A stretch of 64,000 nucleotides of DNA, taken from Lama guanicoe (lineage: Eukaryota). Below, one piece after another: positions 60,542 to 64,000 of this stretch. The stretch spans positions 2,108,001-2,172,000 of the forward strand of contig MU055785.1 in NCBI GenBank assembly GCA_013239625.1, given 5' to 3'. The translations under genes and the position numbers were made by a program. The notes under the pieces were generated by a model that had not been told where the DNA came from, ran no database searches, and was given only the letters and a program-made list of their open reading frames with translations. How positions within the stretch are numbered: position 1 is the first letter of the stretch; every line of letters begins with the position of its first letter.

Positions 60542-61398
60542 AGAGGCAATGCTACTCCAGGTCTAAAGAGGTAGATGGAGGGAGGGAGGTGATGGCGGCT
60601 ACTCAGAGAGGAGCCAGGGGCAGAGCGAGTGAGACTCAGCCACCCGAATCCGGACACTGTCAAGGCTGCGCGTGGGCGGGATCTCACTGCCTTTTGCCCC
60701 ACCTCTGATTGCCTGATGTTGCCTCCTATTGGCTGGGCCCAGCAGGCAAGTGAGGGACAGATGAGGGTGGGGCGTGGGGGGGGTGTGTGGCTGTCCCTGT
60801 ATCAGAACCAGCACACCTGCTCTGTGCCTAACGTGGGCTGTAGGCAGCGGAGACCTCTCATTTCCAGGACAGCCCCATATTTCAGTGGATTTTCCTTTCT
60901 TTCACAGGACAACACGTGTCTCACACTGGGGTGCTTCTGGAACACTTTCTTGAAGCTATTACTGATTAACTTTTCATTTCCAGCTAATAATCATTTTCCA
61001 CCAATAATCAGTATTGGTGACGGTGTGGGGAAATGGGCATTCTGCAATACTCTGAAAAAAAAAAGTTGTGCAAAATGGTGCAATTGTTTGGAAAACATGA
61101 TTTGAAAGCCACCTCAGGAGACCTTTTTCACAGCGGTGGCATTTCTTGAAGCTTGTTTTAGGAAGTTATTTAACACACATATGAAAGCTCTGAGTATGTG
61201 TTGTTTGTAAGAGTGAAAAAAAATCAAAGCTCTAGAAATGTCCAATGATCAATAATGCTTTAAAATGTTAAGAAAAAAATTTAAACCTATGGTTTAGCTA
61301 CACAATGAAGCTCACTGAACTCATCAAAATAATGCCATGCAAAGATGTTCACTACATACTATTTGGGGGACAAAAGCGGTGTTCCAAATGTTATGTAG

Positions 61399-61540
61399 GG
61401 AGGGGGAGGGTGTAGCTCAGTAGTAGAATGTGTGCTTAGCATGCAGGAGGTCCTGGGTTCAGTCCCCAGTACCACCATTAAAAGATAAATAAATGAATGA
61501 ATCTGATTACCTCCTTCCCTTCCAAAAACAAACAAAAACA
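61399..61540 (+). mobile_element. Vic-1-type tRNA-Ala SINE inserted in an old L1M remnant (about 61.0-61.6k)
   Basis: GGGTGTAGCTCAGTAGTAG...GCTTAGCATGCAGGAGGTCCTGGGTTCAGTCCCCAGTACC; perfect 14-bp TSD CAAATGTTATGTAG at 61385-61398 and 61541-61554. Confidence 0.92.
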
Positions 61541-64000
61541 CAAATGTTATGTAGCATACAATTCCATTTTGGTTTAAAGTCCATACTATACATTTTAATT
61601 TTGACTATAAACAGCATGACAACATTCATGTATTATTATTAGTATTAACATCCTTTTCTGATAGGAATCTGTTCAGAGAGGTGAGGGCAATGCCTGTGGT
61701 CACACAGCATCACGTGATGCTACTACTGCAGCTCGTGATGACATGGGTCACATTTACTGAGTGTTACAGTGGGCTGAGTACTATACTATGCACTTTGAAG
61801 TGCTGCCTTTGTTAATTTTCATATTTCATATTAACAACCCTATAAGGGGGGGTACTATTATGATTTCCAATTAATGGATGAGGAGACTGAGTCTCAGGTA
61901 GGGGAAGTGACATGCCCAAGGTCACCCAGCTAGACAGTAGTGGTGCCACCTGACACCTGACCCTGTGCTTTTAATTATGATATTGCACTTCCTTTCTCAC
62001 AGCAGGACCAAAATACTTGCTCATTCCAACATTTGTTAAGTTCCCATCTTATCCCAAGTGCTTTATGTACATGGTCCTATTTATCCTGGGCAACAACTTG
62101 CTTCAAGAACTATTATTATGCCCATTGTACAGATGAAGAAAGTGATGCCCAGAGAGGTTGACTGACTTCCCCACAGTCACCCAGCTGGAAAGTGGCAGAG
62201 GCGAATTTGAACCCAAGACTCTCTGACTTTGGAGCTTGGGCTTTTGCTCCTGATTCTGCCCCCCAGGGCCGCATGCCAGGCGGGGCTCCGGGGATTAAGC
62301 GCCAAGCCCGAGGGCATGAGAGAGGCAAGGCCTGCCTGCCTCCTCTCCAGACTCTGTCTGCCCCTGGGGCCTTGCCTCACTCACACAGCTGCCAGGGATC
62401 AAAGTCCTCTCTGAGATGTATTTGCTGTGAGTTCTAAACAAACGGGTGTTCGCATGTAGCTAAGAGAAACATCGGGAGGACGCGGTGTATGAAAACCGAC
62501 CAGCCTTTAAAGTCCTGATGATTGATCAGCGCGCTCTTTGGTCTCCTGCTGTCAGGGGCCAGGATGGGGGTGGGGTGGGGAGACGCCAGCTCCGGAGTAT
62601 CGAAGCAGAGCGGTGGGCTACCCAACTGGTACCTCCGCACTGCCGGGTTTGTCTCTCTTCCATCCTGGAGAAATCTCCCCTTTCTACCAACAAGCCCATA
62701 CAACCAACGCACACAATAATGAAAAACTATCAGGTATTGACTGATTATGCTAAACACAATAAGCACTTTACATGTATTGTCCCTTTTAAGCCAAATCACA
62801 AGGCAAGTATCTTTACTGACCCATTTTACAGACGAGGCTAAGAGCACAGAGCAAGTAACCAGCGAGGCTGGACTCAACCTGGCACTCAGCAAATGTCGAT
62901 TAGGCGAGATTGTGGGACACAGGTTCTGTCCTGCAGTTGTTCACATTCTTAAAGGGAGAGCGACAAAGAGAGAGAGAAAGTCCCCTTGATCCAGCGTGAT
63001 GGGGGCTAAAGCAGGGCTAAGCAGAGAGGATGCTCTGTATGGGTAGACCAGATGTTTATACTAGAAATATTCCCTTCTGATTAAGTCACAGTCTGTTGTT
63101 TTTTTTTTAAATCCCAGCCTTGCTGGTTGCTAGATATTTTGAATATCACTCACTCTTGGTGGTTTCCAGGAGTGCACAGAGGAAGCCCTTGTATCTCCAG
63201 GCTGGTCGGTGAAGATACGACTCTAAGGAGGGTGCGCCACCTGAGTGGGCAGGGCAGAGGTGCGGGGGGACGTGGCCTTCGAGGGCCTGAGATGCTAGGT
63301 GTTCTGGGGTCAGAGGGGACCTGGAGAGATCATGCTGGAGATAGAGACGTGGGTCCACAGTGGACTTTGACCTTGCCGAGGCATCTGGACAGTCACCAAA
63401 CGGCTCTGGGTTCCCACATGAGTTTTGGGCATGGGAGTGCTATGGTGGATCTAACTTCAACCCCCTTAACGGTGCACAGGACGTGACAAGTCATCTGCTG
63501 GCACCAGGACATGGCTCTCGAGTTCCAAACCAGATACCAGTGACTTCTCTGCCGCTGCTCTTGTGTCTTAGGAAATAACACATCCGGGGACAGAAGGCAG
63601 ACACAGCCCAGGCCTCAGTTTGCCCTTCTGTTCTCAAGGCTCATGAGATACCCAGACCTTGACCGGAGGAAAGAGAAAAATCAAGTGGATGAGTTTTCCT
63701 AAACATATTTGAATGGACAACCATCAGTCATGGGGAATATACGAGGCAGTTCCCTTAAAGGACTCTGCACGCACCCTGGCCTACAGTCAGCTCTCAGTAC
63801 AGGGGGCTGAAATTTGCATCAGCGTTGTGTAGTTCTCAGCTGTGTGCCCAGTGAAGCCACCACGCCTCCCCGCGCCAGCGCTGGGACCTTTGTTTAGGCT
63901 TGTAGCATCAGTAGAACACGATTCAGTTCATGTACTTTTCATTCCCGATAGAATGATTTCTCTCCGCTTACATGAAACTTGCATTTTCTTTCTTTACGGA

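Noticed and set aside
61399-61480. tRNA-Ala(AGC) gene (also about 59015-59089)
   Set aside because: The tRNA-like heads carry SINE bodies, A-rich tails and TSDs, so they are SINEs.
1-64000. A novel multi-gene system, CRISPR array, operon or rRNA gene
   Set aside because: The DNA is mammalian and explained by one spliced gene plus interspersed repeats; I saw no repeat-spacer array or rRNA sequence.

Overview
Mammalian genomic window, most likely from a camelid (it carries tRNA-Ala-derived Vic-1-type SINEs). It holds the 5' 21 coding exons of RBM19, the six-RRM ribosome-biogenesis factor (yeast MRD1 orthologue), on the minus strand. The ATG is at 51943 and exon 21 ends at 14232. With my exon 17 acceptor choice (see findings), the exons join into one open frame of 2549 nt (849 codons + 2 nt) with GT-AG introns. 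The remaining 3' exons were not found and probably lie beyond the left edge, after the long intron 21. A CpG-rich TATA-less promoter sits at about 51.9-52.3 kb. The rest is intronic or intergenic DNA rich in ancient repeats (MIR, L2, L1M, MLT1/MLT2, hAT-Charlie/MER), with one ERV1-type LTR and a 128-N gap. I see no new multi-gene system. The best leads are: a textbook full-length CTCF site 7.7 kb upstream; a recursive-splice-like TTTTTCAG|GTAAGT motif in intron 21; an apparently lost and shifted exon 17 acceptor; a strong-Kozak uORF inside the YY1 motif; a SINE with an apparent 3' read-through transduction; and homeobox-dense candidate enhancers. Repeat subfamily names and comparisons with human RBM19 come from recall, not database searches, and repeat boundaries are approximate.
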